From: an uncultured virus (IMG/VR IMGVR_UViG_3300044843_001040)
Lineage: Duplodnaviria > Heunggongvirae > Uroviricota > Caudoviricetes
IMG/VR virus record: IMGVR_UViG_3300044843_001040
Coordinates: 1 to 64,000 of that record
DNA length: 64,000 nucleotides
Reading direction: 5' to 3' (one strand)
The notes under the pieces were generated by a model. That model did not search any database and had not been told where the DNA came from. It saw only the letters and a list, made by a program, of their open reading frames with translations. The position numbers and the translations under genes were made by a program. How positions within the stretch are numbered: position 1 is the stretch's first letter; every line of letters starts with the position of its first letter. Positions 53,555-63,038 of the stretch are shown in pieces.

Positions 53555-54120
53555 TACCTAATAATTAAACTAGCCGCTATCTGCGAACATAATTCAGCAT
53601 TATCTCCAAATCCGCCGCAAGATAAATTATATGCATTATTATTCTTGACAGTCACCCAATTATCTACAATTACCTCATTCTTGAGGGCTTTAATTAATAC
53701 AAAATTATGACCATTTATCATAACTGGATCGGCAGAAATTACTTCTGCATCAATTCCTTTGAGACTTCTCAGTGAAAGAATTACAAAAGTATCAAATGAT
53801 TCATTAAAAGTTTCCCTAATGAAAATTACCATGGCCTCACGATTGGGAGATCGTAAGACAACCCCACAATTTTGTGGAGTACATTCTCCTTGCTCTCCTT
53901 CTAGGGGCCATGGTTCTGGCAACGTAAACTCCCAATTTTCTTGGGAAAATGTAAATTTCTCTGGTGGTTTGGGTACTGGAACTTCAGTAGGTTCTGCAGA
54001 GGGAACAATGGTAGCAGGCAAATCTACCGTATTCCCTCCGTTAGAGGACGAATTTCCTGCACAAGCCGAGCAAGACATTAAACTAACTGCTAATAGAGAT
54101 GTTAAAAAAATACTTTTCAT
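53554..54120 (-). CDS. Putative lipoprotein
   Basis: Signal peptide with lipobox-like LMSC, Pro-rich linker, globular domain. Confidence 0.65.
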   Translation of the reverse strand: MKSIFLTSLLAVSLMSCSACAGNSSSNGGNTVDLPATIVPSAEPTEVPVPKPPEKFTFSQENWEFTLPEPWPLEGEQGECTPQNCGVVLRSPNREAMVIFIRETFNESFDTFVILSLRSLKGIDAEVISADPVMINGHNFVLIKALKNEVIVDNWVTVKNNNAYNLSCGGFGDNAELCSQIAASLIIR

Positions 54121-54227
54121 ATGAACCTTTCTATGCCTTGTCGGCGTCTTTAGACATCTAGATATCTAGATTCTATTATCTAAGAATAATGGCCCCTTCG
54201 TATCTCGTAAGGGGCATGATTCCTATA

Positions 54228-54671
54228 TCACTCGTTTTCTGCCGAATCATCCTCGGATACATCTGAGGTAACCTGTGAGGTTACTTTGCTTTCCATCGCA
54301 GCTACCTTAGCCTCTAAATCACTTTTCATTTGTTTTTTAGTCAACTCTTTAGACAGTTTAGCTTGTTCTTTTTTATTTTTATCAGCTGCCCTCATAATGC
54401 CGCCATGAGCACCACGAGTGACATACCATTCAGGATGGTTCCGAATATATTCTCGGACAAAAGGATCGGCCCGTCGTACCTGTTTCTCATCCCAGTTATT
54501 ACGAACAGCAATCATTCCTAATAAAACAGGGAATTGTAGATTGGTATCTCCAGACCAGCTATTGAGAACTTCATCTGTCGAATCAATTAATTGATTGATA
54601 TCTTGTAGTAATTTATCCTTAGTAGGGTTATTCATGTTTTTCTTCCTTATCTGTGTTAATGTAATTAACAA
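54228..54671 (-). CDS. Hypothetical protein
   Basis: ORF; true start probably MNNPTK. Confidence 0.65.
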   Translation of the reverse strand: MLITLTQIRKKNMNNPTKDKLLQDINQLIDSTDEVLNSWSGDTNLQFPVLLGMIAVRNNWDEKQVRRADPFVREYIRNHPEWYVTRGAHGGIMRAADKNKKEQAKLSKELTKKQMKSDLEAKVAAMESKVTSQVTSDVSEDDSAENE

Positions 54672-54882
54672 TTTTATGGTTGTATGCTATCCAGGCCCAG
54701 ACAACCAGGGCAATTAAAATCCCAATTACCAATGGCCATTTAGAAGTAGGATACGCTTGAGTCAGTTCTAACATCACCACTAGAGCAATGGTAGAGCAAA
54801 TAATAGTATTCATCATTGAGACTAATACTAACAGTGGCGCTTTCCTACTTAACAAGTGTAGATTGGTCTTAAATCTTTTCAT
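54628..54882 (-). CDS. Small membrane protein
   Basis: Two hydrophobic helices. Confidence 0.55.
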   Translation of the reverse strand: MKRFKTNLHLLSRKAPLLVLVSMMNTIICSTIALVVMLELTQAYPTSKWPLVIGILIALVVWAWIAYNHKIVNYINTDKEEKHE

Positions 54883-54905
54883 AAGATGAGTGTCTTAGTC
54901 AGAAA

Positions 54906-55196
54906 TTAGACTGACTTAACGAATCTGCCTCGCAAGTCACGTACATTATAGTACGTCTTGTTTCCAGCTGTGGCTAGGGCTCCGTTATTTTTTTTATTTT
55001 TGGACTGCTGGAGCGCATAAAATTCGCCCAACGTGAAAACAAAAGTCAAATTATTACGAACTAACTCGTTCGCAACAGGCAAGAAATCAGTCTCAGAATC
55101 TACTTGCTTTTGAACATCACGAGCCAAATTCTCAATTTTGGCAGCTAACACCTTAACATCATTTAACTTATTTGACATAATCAATCCTTTTATCAA
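54906..55196 (-). CDS. Hypothetical protein with RDLRGRFVK tail
   Basis: ORF in run. Confidence 0.65.
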   Translation of the reverse strand: MIKGLIMSNKLNDVKVLAAKIENLARDVQKQVDSETDFLPVANELVRNNLTFVFTLGEFYALQQSKNKKNNGALATAGNKTYYNVRDLRGRFVKSV

Positions 55197-55474
55197 TTAG
55201 TTTCTGGTAAACCATTGGGATTAGCTAACACACTAATAATTTTAGCTAAAGCATCTTCTTTACCCGGAATAGAAGATTGAGCAATAACACTCTTCATGTC
55301 AGCAATGAGTGCGGTAGACTCATTTGCGATACTAACCGCAAGGCCCATACATTTAGACATGTTAAGTACATACTGATGCTTTTCCGCAGTTTTTTTATTC
55401 TCTTCTGTGGTTTTCATACTGGCTTCTAATTCTGCCACTAGTGACTTGAGTAACGATAAATCAATATTTGCCAT
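55193..55474 (-). CDS. Hypothetical protein
   Basis: AGGAG SD. Confidence 0.65.
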   Translation of the reverse strand: MANIDLSLLKSLVAELEASMKTTEENKKTAEKHQYVLNMSKCMGLAVSIANESTALIADMKSVIAQSSIPGKEDALAKIISVLANPNGLPETN

Positions 55475-55483
55475 AATTATCTC

Positions 55484-56104
55484 CTATTTTGTTCTATCAA
55501 AATCTATAAGTTTAAAGTTTCCATCACTATCCTTCATAAGATTTCTTGGATGAAGATCCGAATGTTGGATAGTTAATTTATTTAAATTTTTACAAAAAAA
55601 CATAACCTTGTGTAAGTCGAAGTCAAGCCCAATCGATAAGCCTTGTAATATTTTATTAATTTCTAATGAAGAATATTTCTTTATTTTATTTTGATCTTCA
55701 TGAGAGACTAAAGAATGAAAAACTTTAATTTCATCCTCTGACAGAGGATGGAGTTTTTCCATAATATAATAATAAAGTAAAAATCTTTGCGGCTGATTAT
55801 TTATCGTTCTAGTATGGACTCCTAATTTATCATAATAATAAACTTTAGCGAGCAAGTTATTATTTGATAATAATATTGAGTGTAATACTTTCGATAAGTG
55901 AATCCAAGTATGTTCGATATTTTTATCCGTAGAATATGGCGGCTCGTAATAAGCCCCCAATTTAATTACTTTATCTGGGCACTCAATGATATTAAATACT
56001 TGACCATCTGCGCCAGATCCCAATTCCTTTCCTAAGGAAAGGGTTTGATTGTTCTCATCAATGAAACAATAATTATACTGGTTAACTAAAGGTAAAACCT
56101 GCAT
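55484..56104 (-). CDS. Protein kinase-like (minimal Ser/Thr kinase fold)
   Basis: LGSGADGQV, KVIK, IMEKL, HSDLHPRNLM, KLIDFD. Confidence 0.8.
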   Translation of the reverse strand: MQVLPLVNQYNYCFIDENNQTLSLGKELGSGADGQVFNIIECPDKVIKLGAYYEPPYSTDKNIEHTWIHLSKVLHSILLSNNNLLAKVYYYDKLGVHTRTINNQPQRFLLYYYIMEKLHPLSEDEIKVFHSLVSHEDQNKIKKYSSLEINKILQGLSIGLDFDLHKVMFFCKNLNKLTIQHSDLHPRNLMKDSDGNFKLIDFDRTK

Positions 56105-56105
56105 T

Positions 56106-56831
56106 TCACTTTAAAACTATTAATCGACGTTTAAGATTATTTTGTTTAACTCCATGTGCGGCAAAAGAAATACCCATCTGGTCTCGATACAATCGATCAG
56201 CATTGAAGCATAATCGACAATCAGTACATCCAATTTCTTTGCCTCCCGGCTTTGTTTGAGCTGGGCAAGGAATCCACTTAACATCAGACCCTGGTAAAGA
56301 ATAAGCTTTAGTGGTGGTATGTTCTGGAACCACAATAGCCGGAGCATAACCTTGCTGTCTAGCCAACTCTACCTCTGCGGTAGAGGTAACTGAAGCTAAA
56401 ATAGATACTTGAGACCATTCATGTCGAGGAACTTTTTTCCAAGCGTGAGTATAAGACCAACAGTCTCCTCCTCCTCTTTTTTTCCAGCGAGCAATCGCTT
56501 TATTGATCAAACGAGTTCCAGTAATAGTCCGAGAATCTCCGGCGACATGCAATCTTAGATCTCGATGTGCTGGAACATCTCCTCCTTGATAAGCAGAATC
56601 AATAGCTTTGACTTCAGCCTGCGCCGCTTGCACGGGAGAAATGTGCTCTGACTTTTGATCGAGACGGGCATTAGTTATCCCAACATAAGATGTTTGGGCA
56701 TAGCATCCTTCTCCCATTAATGGGCAATCAGTCGGGCAAGACGCCTTAATAGAAACATAAGTAGCATCTGCTTTATGTGACCCCATAATTTTTTTATTGC
56801 CAGAATCTGAAACGTATATTGCTACGCTCAT
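56106..56831 (-). CDS. Cys-rich phage protein (possible Fe-S / radical-SAM-like)
   Basis: SCPTDCPLMGEGCYA, RLHVAGD, WSYTH, CPAQ...CTDCRLC. Confidence 0.6.
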   Translation of the reverse strand: MSVAIYVSDSGNKKIMGSHKADATYVSIKASCPTDCPLMGEGCYAQTSYVGITNARLDQKSEHISPVQAAQAEVKAIDSAYQGGDVPAHRDLRLHVAGDSRTITGTRLINKAIARWKKRGGGDCWSYTHAWKKVPRHEWSQVSILASVTSTAEVELARQQGYAPAIVVPEHTTTKAYSLPGSDVKWIPCPAQTKPGGKEIGCTDCRLCFNADRLYRDQMGISFAAHGVKQNNLKRRLIVLK

Positions 56832-56865
56832 ATTTTACCCGCTTTGCACTTAGCTCTGAGTGTTA

Positions 56866-57036
56866 TTATTTAGTGTCAGTAGATAGAGTTGAATCCTTCA
56901 CATCTACAAAAGGATCATTGGCTTTATAAGCCATATAAGCCTTTTTGAGACGCTCCCCATTAGCTTGATGAAGATGGAAAGCTACCCCACCTAATAAGGG
57001 GAAAAATGTAGCTAAGATACAAATTACAACTAACAT
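56866..57036 (-). CDS. Small membrane protein (56 aa, below ORF-track cutoff)
   Basis: MLVVICILATFFPLLGGVAFHLH...; TGATG overlap with the upstream gene. Confidence 0.5.
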   Translation of the reverse strand: MLVVICILATFFPLLGGVAFHLHQANGERLKKAYMAYKANDPFVDVKDSTLSTDTK

Positions 57037-57275
57037 CACTTACCTTCTTTTTTATTTTTATTAGTGGTCTGCTCAGTAGCAGCTGATACTTTTTGTTCTT
57101 CTGCTAATTTAGCTAGCAAACGTTGCCTCTGACGAGTTGCTCCAGTAGGAGGCAAAGCGTTTAACTTATCTTGGGTAGTTGGATATTTTTGATGGTACTC
57201 TTCTAACATTTTTTCTGCCCGAAGACGACGCTCTGTACGAATAGCCTGAGTAACTGGTTTACCGCGTTTTGACAT
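57036..57275 (-). CDS. Small basic hypothetical protein
   Basis: AAGGA SD and upstream promoter. Confidence 0.65.
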   Translation of the reverse strand: MSKRGKPVTQAIRTERRLRAEKMLEEYHQKYPTTQDKLNALPPTGATRQRQRLLAKLAEEQKVSAATEQTTNKNKKEGK

Positions 57276-57318
57276 ATTATTTTCCTTTGTGTTAATGTTG
57301 AATGGGGAATCTCTTATT

Positions 57319-57346
57319 ATTGTATTTTTTTTAAATACCGTGTCAA
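57319..57346 (-). promoter_or_regulatory. sigma70-like promoter
   Basis: TTGACA-16nt-TACAAT with upstream AT tract. Confidence 0.6.
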
Positions 57347-57368
57347 GTGCCAGCGCTTATTTTTAAAA

Positions 57369-57989
57369 TTAACTCTGATGAGTAGACTTCCACCAAGAAA
57401 CATATTGGTGCATTAAAATACCAGAAGCTACTCCGCAGTTAAGACTGCGAACAGATCCATACATTTCAATTTCTACAATATCTTGGCAGAAAGATTGCAT
57501 CTGGGGAGTTAATCCCACACCTTCCTCTCCAAAAATGAAGAGGGTATTAGGCACAAATTGATAGTTAGTAAGTGGAACAGACTTGCCTGTAATATTATCT
57601 ACTCCAACAATAGTATATTGGGATTGAAGAGTTGATATTTCTTCCACGGTAGAAAGCCACTGCAAATCTGTATAATTATGGGTGCCTAAAGCAGAACGCC
57701 GATCCCATTTCTTATCTCCCAGATAAAAAACTTTTTGAGCATTAAAAGCATTGGCATTACGAATCATTGTGCCAAAATTAAAATCACCCACCCAACGTTC
57801 CATGAGAACGGAAAATGGATGCGCAGTTGATCGTAAAACTTGTTTAATTTCTTCTACAGATTTTCCTTTAAGAGCATCTGTAACATTATATTGCCAGGTA
57901 CTAAAATGAGAAGTGCCCGCAGCCATAGCTTGTTGGTGTACTTCAGAAGTTAGAGAAAAATCAGGGGAGGTTCTATTTTTAACTTGCAT
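57369..57989 (-). CDS. SpoU/TrmH-family RNA 2'-O-methyltransferase
   Basis: GDFNFGTMIRNANAF, IFGEEGVGL, IEMYGSVRSLNCGVASGI. Confidence 0.9.
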   Translation of the reverse strand: MQVKNRTSPDFSLTSEVHQQAMAAGTSHFSTWQYNVTDALKGKSVEEIKQVLRSTAHPFSVLMERWVGDFNFGTMIRNANAFNAQKVFYLGDKKWDRRSALGTHNYTDLQWLSTVEEISTLQSQYTIVGVDNITGKSVPLTNYQFVPNTLFIFGEEGVGLTPQMQSFCQDIVEIEMYGSVRSLNCGVASGILMHQYVSWWKSTHQS

Positions 57990-57994
57990 ATGTT

Positions 57995-58195
57995 TTAATG
58001 TAAAGAATTAATATCTAATGACCAAGAATCATCAATCTGCCGTAAGAGCTCTTGATTAAACTCTTGATCGGTCCAGCCGCATTCGGCTAAGTAATTAAAA
58101 TACAATTTAAAATAATATTCTGAATCACCGGCAGCAGCCATCCTAATTAAATAGAGAGCAAAATCTTCAATAGTTTGAAAAGGAAGCTTGACCAT
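57995..58195 (-). CDS. Hypothetical protein
   Basis: ORF in run. Confidence 0.6.
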   Translation of the reverse strand: MVKLPFQTIEDFALYLIRMAAAGDSEYYFKLYFNYLAECGWTDQEFNQELLRQIDDSWSLDINSLH

Positions 58196-58198
58196 AAT

Positions 58199-59218
58199 TT
58201 AAGTATTATTGAGACGAGTTACTACTTCTTGCATCAAAGAACGAGGAATGGCTAAGTTCATTCTAATGAATCCTGGCGCGCCAAAAGGTGCTCCCTGAAT
58301 TATTTTAATTTTTGCTTGCTCAAATGCTAAGACATTATGGCATTTAAAAAATCCAAACATTCCAAACTGTTGTTCAATATCTTCTGGAACTAACAAAATG
58401 TTAGGATTTATTTCTTTACATAGCTTTTTATTATGTAAAATATCGGCAGCACTAGTCCGCTCAAAATTGAGCGTAGTTTGAGGGTACAGGTCTAAATGTT
58501 TAGCTAAGATCTGAAAATAAAACTTCTGAGACAAAATAGACACGCCAACAGTCATAGCCTCCATATATTCTGTAATATATGAATGCATTAACTTATTTTT
58601 ACATACTACATATCCTAAACGAAGTCCAGACAGACCTAACATTTTAGAAACTGAATATATTTGAGCGTCACCAATAACTGGTAATGGATGTTCGGTAGGC
58701 AAGTAAATGTGATTATAATAAGCCGCATCATGAACTAACGGAACATGAAAAACGGAATATTTTTTTTCTAAATTTATTAGTTCCTCTACCTTTACAGAAT
58801 CACCATTTGGATTATTAGGATCTAATAAGAGAAACGGTAATTTTCCTTGATTGGCATAAAAAGAACATTCCATGTTATGGATGGATGATAGAGGTGGAAT
58901 CAAAGCCCAAAATGGTTTTTTCATGGTATATTGACTCCACCCCATTTTTTTCCAAGCATAGAAACAAGCACCTAAAGCTTGTTTAGCTCCATTAGTAATA
59001 ACCACTGGATAGTGGTACTTATCTTCTAGATATTTAACTAATGGTCCATATCCTGCTGGAGCAGGATAAATAAGATCTTCAGCGGATAAGGAATCTAAAA
59101 TTTTATCATCTAAATTAAAAGAATTTAATAGATTGTCTCGAACTACATGTGGTTCACCAATAGCACAATCAATAAAACCCGGAGGACATTTATTAGATGC
59201 TAAAATTAAATTATCCAT
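58199..59218 (-). CDS. PLP-dependent aminotransferase class I/II
   Basis: TNGAKQAL, PNNPNG, HDAAY, SVSKMLGLSGLRLGY, FIRMN. Confidence 0.88.
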   Translation of the reverse strand: MDNLILASNKCPPGFIDCAIGEPHVVRDNLLNSFNLDDKILDSLSAEDLIYPAPAGYGPLVKYLEDKYHYPVVITNGAKQALGACFYAWKKMGWSQYTMKKPFWALIPPLSSIHNMECSFYANQGKLPFLLLDPNNPNGDSVKVEELINLEKKYSVFHVPLVHDAAYYNHIYLPTEHPLPVIGDAQIYSVSKMLGLSGLRLGYVVCKNKLMHSYITEYMEAMTVGVSILSQKFYFQILAKHLDLYPQTTLNFERTSAADILHNKKLCKEINPNILLVPEDIEQQFGMFGFFKCHNVLAFEQAKIKIIQGAPFGAPGFIRMNLAIPRSLMQEVVTRLNNT

Positions 59219-59219
59219 A

Positions 59220-60764
59220 TTATTTTAATTCAATAGGCTTTAAGGTAGGGAAAAGTATTACATCTTTGATGTTAGAAGAATTAGTTAGAAAGGAAACTAA
59301 GCGATCGATACCTAGACCTAGACCGATAGCGGGAGGCATTCCATATTCTAATGCTTCAATATAATCTTGGTCAAAAGCCATTGGATCCTTTTCGGAGGAT
59401 GACAATTGCTGTTGAAATCTTAAAAATTGTTCTTGAGGGTCATTTAATTCTTGGAAAGCATTCGCTAATTCTTGACCATTAACAAAAAGCTCAAACCTAT
59501 CGCAAAAATTAGGGTCTTGATCTGAGGCTCTGGCTAACGGAGAAATATCTTTTGGATAATCAGTAATAAAGACTGGCACTGATTTAGTGCCATTTTCATT
59601 CCTATAATCTTCAGTTAGAAAAGGTTCAACTAGGTGCTCGAATAAAATTCCAATTTTGGAACCAGAAGAAACATTCTTGACTGCCTCTGAAAGATCTGGC
59701 AGAGAAATTTTCTGCAGTCTAGGATTATTTTCTTGTTGCACTTGCAGTGTTGATAAATCAATTCCAGACTTATGAGCAGCATATTCAATGGAATTGAGCA
59801 TGGAAACAGAATGAAATCTACTCCAATCAATAGGAGAATTAACCATCCAATTATTAAAATAATTTAATGCACTAGCAGGCAAATTATTTTCTAAATAAGA
59901 AATAATAAAATTCCAAAGATTAGAGGTATGCGAAATCAAATCTTTAAAGTTACCATATGCTTCATAACTTTCCAGCATAGTAAATTCTGGATTATGTCGA
60001 GGCGACAATCCTTCATTTCGATAATTTTTACCAATTTCAAATACCTTTTCATAGCCTCCCACTAATAATCTTTTTAGATAAAGTTCTGGAGCAATTCTTA
60101 ATTGCAAGGAACAATTTAGAGAGTTATGAAAAGTATTAAAAGGCTTAGCGTTAGCTCCTGAACTAATAGCAGATAGAGTTGGAGTTTCTACTTCCATAAA
60201 AGAGCGAGTCTCCATAAACTGTCTAATAGCCTTAATGACCATAGAACGAACAATAAATCGCGCTCTAGTTTCTTCGGAGGATAGAAGATCTAAATATCTT
60301 TGACGATACTTAACTTCTTCATCTGAAAGTCCAGAAAACTTCTCTGGCGGAGGAAGATGTGATTTAGTTAGCACTTTCCAAGTTTGGAGTAGAATAGAAA
60401 TTTCTCCCGTCTTAGATAGGCAAGATAATCCAGAAATCTCAATAATATCTCCTAGATCAAGAAGATAAAGGTCTTGATAATTTGAAAGAGATGACTTAGA
60501 AGCAATCAATTGAATTGACCCAGAAGCATCCGTCATCTTGATGAAAGTAATTCCTCCAGACTTACGAATATTAGTAATTCTGCCGTGTAGTTTCCACTCT
60601 TCAGATAACTCGTCTGGAGAAATAGAGGTGGGCGGATGATTATGACTGCTTTCTTTAAGAACAGAAGCAATAGAATGATGCTTCTCTGCCAAGGGATAAG
60701 TACCACCATTTAAGATGGTGTGCTTATTTAATCTTACTTCCTTTAAACTTTCTTGACTTGACAT
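59220..60764 (-). CDS. lysS: Lysyl-tRNA synthetase (class II)
   Basis: OB fold, YRQRYLDL, EVETP, GANAKPF, LRIAPELYLKRL, YRNEG, HNPEFTMLE, RFELF, ELANAFQELNDP, GMPP..GLGLGIDRL. Confidence 0.95.
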   Translation of the reverse strand: MSSQESLKEVRLNKHTILNGGTYPLAEKHHSIASVLKESSHNHPPTSISPDELSEEWKLHGRITNIRKSGGITFIKMTDASGSIQLIASKSSLSNYQDLYLLDLGDIIEISGLSCLSKTGEISILLQTWKVLTKSHLPPPEKFSGLSDEEVKYRQRYLDLLSSEETRARFIVRSMVIKAIRQFMETRSFMEVETPTLSAISSGANAKPFNTFHNSLNCSLQLRIAPELYLKRLLVGGYEKVFEIGKNYRNEGLSPRHNPEFTMLESYEAYGNFKDLISHTSNLWNFIISYLENNLPASALNYFNNWMVNSPIDWSRFHSVSMLNSIEYAAHKSGIDLSTLQVQQENNPRLQKISLPDLSEAVKNVSSGSKIGILFEHLVEPFLTEDYRNENGTKSVPVFITDYPKDISPLARASDQDPNFCDRFELFVNGQELANAFQELNDPQEQFLRFQQQLSSSEKDPMAFDQDYIEALEYGMPPAIGLGLGIDRLVSFLTNSSNIKDVILFPTLKPIELK

Positions 60765-60765
60765 A

Positions 60766-61104
60766 TTAAGTATGGGTAGAATAATCTGGAGAGGTATTAA
60801 AATAATGTTCCATTATCTCCTCATCTTCATGAGGAAGAATTTCTTCTAAGGGATCTAGATGATATGGTAACTGAAAAGGATCGCACATAACGGGAACTTC
60901 TAAAGTAAATTTAGAGCCATCTACGTTAGTTTTAATGGTTTGAAACAAACCACAGGATAATCCCTCTTTATTTTCTTCATAAGAAGAAAATGGTAACTCT
61001 TCTTGAGTAGAAAATTCATTTTCACTAAAATTTTCAGAAGAATCTTCCTCTACGCAACCCAAGATAAACACAACTAGACCTAGTGAGATTAATTTTTGTA
61101 ACAT
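60766..61104 (-). CDS. Putative lipoprotein
   Basis: Hydrophobic N-terminus with ILGC lipobox, acidic body. Confidence 0.6.
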   Translation of the reverse strand: MLQKLISLGLVVFILGCVEEDSSENFSENEFSTQEELPFSSYEENKEGLSCGLFQTIKTNVDGSKFTLEVPVMCDPFQLPYHLDPLEEILPHEDEEIMEHYFNTSPDYSTHT

Positions 61105-61126
61105 ACAACCCCGTTTAATTGAAAAT

Positions 61127-61456
61127 TTACCACATTAATAATGTGTGAAAAATAGCTCCTACCACAAAAATAATTGTGGCAAATAGCAAATCATAAAATA
61201 ATTTAAAAAACAAATAGGAAGAAGTGGCTTGTTTAGCTGCTAATTGAATAACCACAGAAGTTTGATTAAACAAATCAACTACCTCTTTAGTTTTAAAGAG
61301 CTGCAATAAAAGCAACACTCCAATAAAATGAGCAGGCCCTAATAAGGGAAAGTTAGTAAATTGTTTAACAACAAACCATTTCCAAAATATGGAAATATAA
61401 AATGCTCTCAACACAAAATTAAACAAATACCAAACTACATAAAGGGCATACATCAT
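61127..61456 (-). CDS. Membrane protein
   Basis: Three hydrophobic segments. Confidence 0.65.
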   Translation of the reverse strand: MMYALYVVWYLFNFVLRAFYISIFWKWFVVKQFTNFPLLGPAHFIGVLLLLQLFKTKEVVDLFNQTSVVIQLAAKQATSSYLFFKLFYDLLFATIIFVVGAIFHTLLMW

Positions 61457-61525
61457 AACTATTCTTTCTGAGTGCCCTCACTATCTAGGGCGTGAGAATA
61501 AAATTTAGTCGCTGGGAGCTGGCCG

Positions 61526-61541
61526 TGGCACGAAAATTGCA
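61526..61541 (+). promoter_or_regulatory. sigma54 (-24/-12) consensus site
   Basis: TGGCACGAAAATTGCA is an exact match to TGGCACG-N4-TTGCW; intergenic. Confidence 0.5.
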
Positions 61542-61547
61542 TCCGGT

Positions 61548-62369
61548 TCAATCGGAATTCGCAATCATACTTTTAATTCTAGTGATAGAAGATCGATAAT
61601 CACTTCCAAATAAGAAAACAGATTTGAATAATTCTTCTAGATGTGCAAAAGAAAAACCAGCAGTATCTTTGACCCATTGGTCTAAGTTTTCAATTTTAGA
61701 TTTCCCTAACAGTAATTTTTGCAAATATTCTTTTCTAATTTTTGCTTGAGGAGGCTTAACTTCTAAAACTAGATCGAATCTATTGGGTCTATTTTTAATG
61801 TTATTTTGTAAATCTTTAATGTAATTAGTAGTTCCAAGATATACTGTAGAGTGTGAAAATTTTTCTAAACCATCTAACATGTTTAGAAAATCTGATTCAT
61901 CAATACTATCTAGTATATAATTTAAATCTTCTAATAGAACAATGATCGGTTTATCCGGATAAATTTCTCTAAATTTAGAGAGACACTCTTTATAAACGTC
62001 GATGTTAGTATTAAACTTAATTACGACGCCATCTTTAGAAGTGACATTAGATGTCAACAAAGAGATAATAGATGACTTACCACATCCGGGCGGTCCATAC
62101 ATTAAGATTCCTCTCTTAAATGGCATTTGATATGCTGCGTACTTATCTTTCAGGGTCCAAAATTTTTGGATGTCTTTAATGATAAAGTCACTCGTATCAT
62201 CTTGAAAAGCAAAGATTCTTCTTTGCTCAATATCTAATTTTTTAAAATAAAACCCATATTGACGGTCATAACAGGTTTCGTACAAACCTGGAGGAAAAAC
62301 ATCAGTACATTTACTGAGGTCAATCGGAACAAATATCTCGGGACTTGGGCAGGAAAAACCTTGTTTCAT
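61548..62369 (-). CDS. AAA+ ATPase
   Basis: KRGILMYGPPGCGKS, VLLEDL, FLNMLDG, GTTNY, NRPNRFD, GFSFAHLEEL. Confidence 0.9.
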   Translation of the reverse strand: MKQGFSCPSPEIFVPIDLSKCTDVFPPGLYETCYDRQYGFYFKKLDIEQRRIFAFQDDTSDFIIKDIQKFWTLKDKYAAYQMPFKRGILMYGPPGCGKSSIISLLTSNVTSKDGVVIKFNTNIDVYKECLSKFREIYPDKPIIVLLEDLNYILDSIDESDFLNMLDGLEKFSHSTVYLGTTNYIKDLQNNIKNRPNRFDLVLEVKPPQAKIRKEYLQKLLLGKSKIENLDQWVKDTAGFSFAHLEELFKSVFLFGSDYRSSITRIKSMIANSD

Positions 62370-62395
62370 ACGTACCTTTCAATTTCTTGCATACT

Positions 62396-62644
62396 TTACC
62401 ATAAAGTTTTTAATTTAAGTATTCGCCAATATTCTTCTTCTGTATATTGTTTATTTTGAAGATACCACTCTTTATATCCATCAGCATATTCTACCGCTGG
62501 CCCATCTTCTCGATGTAAGAGATCATGAAGATACCACCATTTATTTCCATTAGAAAATTCTATCGCTGGACCGTCTTCTCGATGATATCGATCATTCCAA
62601 TAATAAAATTTATTTCCATTTTTGTCTATATTAATTCCGTGCAT
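62396..62644 (-). CDS. HREDGPA-repeat family protein
   Basis: 2 repeats + tail. Confidence 0.85.
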   Translation of the reverse strand: MHGINIDKNGNKFYYWNDRYHREDGPAIEFSNGNKWWYLHDLLHREDGPAVEYADGYKEWYLQNKQYTEEEYWRILKLKTLW

Positions 62645-62648
62645 TACT

Positions 62649-63035
62649 TTACCATAAAGCTTTTAATTTAACCATTCGCCAATACTTTTTTTCTGTGTAT
62701 CTCTTATTTTTAAGATGCCAAAATTTAGTACCATCAACATATTCTACTGCCGGACCATCTTCTCGATGGAGTTGATTATGAAGCAACCATTCTTTAGATC
62801 CATTACTCCACTCTACGGCTGGACCATCTTCTCGATGTAGTTGATCATGACGATACCAATATTTATCTCCATTAACATACTCTACAGCCGGACCATCTTC
62901 TCGATGTCGTTGACCATGAAGATACCAATATTTATTTCCATCATACCATTCGATAGCTGGTCCATCTTCTCGATGGAGTTGGCCATTCCAATAGTATCTT
63001 TTAGTCCCACGTTCATCTATTTTAATTTCTTGCAT
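62649..63035 (-). CDS. HREDGPA-repeat family protein
   Basis: 4 repeats + tail. Confidence 0.85.
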   Translation of the reverse strand: MQEIKIDERGTKRYYWNGQLHREDGPAIEWYDGNKYWYLHGQRHREDGPAVEYVNGDKYWYRHDQLHREDGPAVEWSNGSKEWLLHNQLHREDGPAVEYVDGTKFWHLKNKRYTEKKYWRMVKLKALW

Positions 63036-63038
63036 ACT

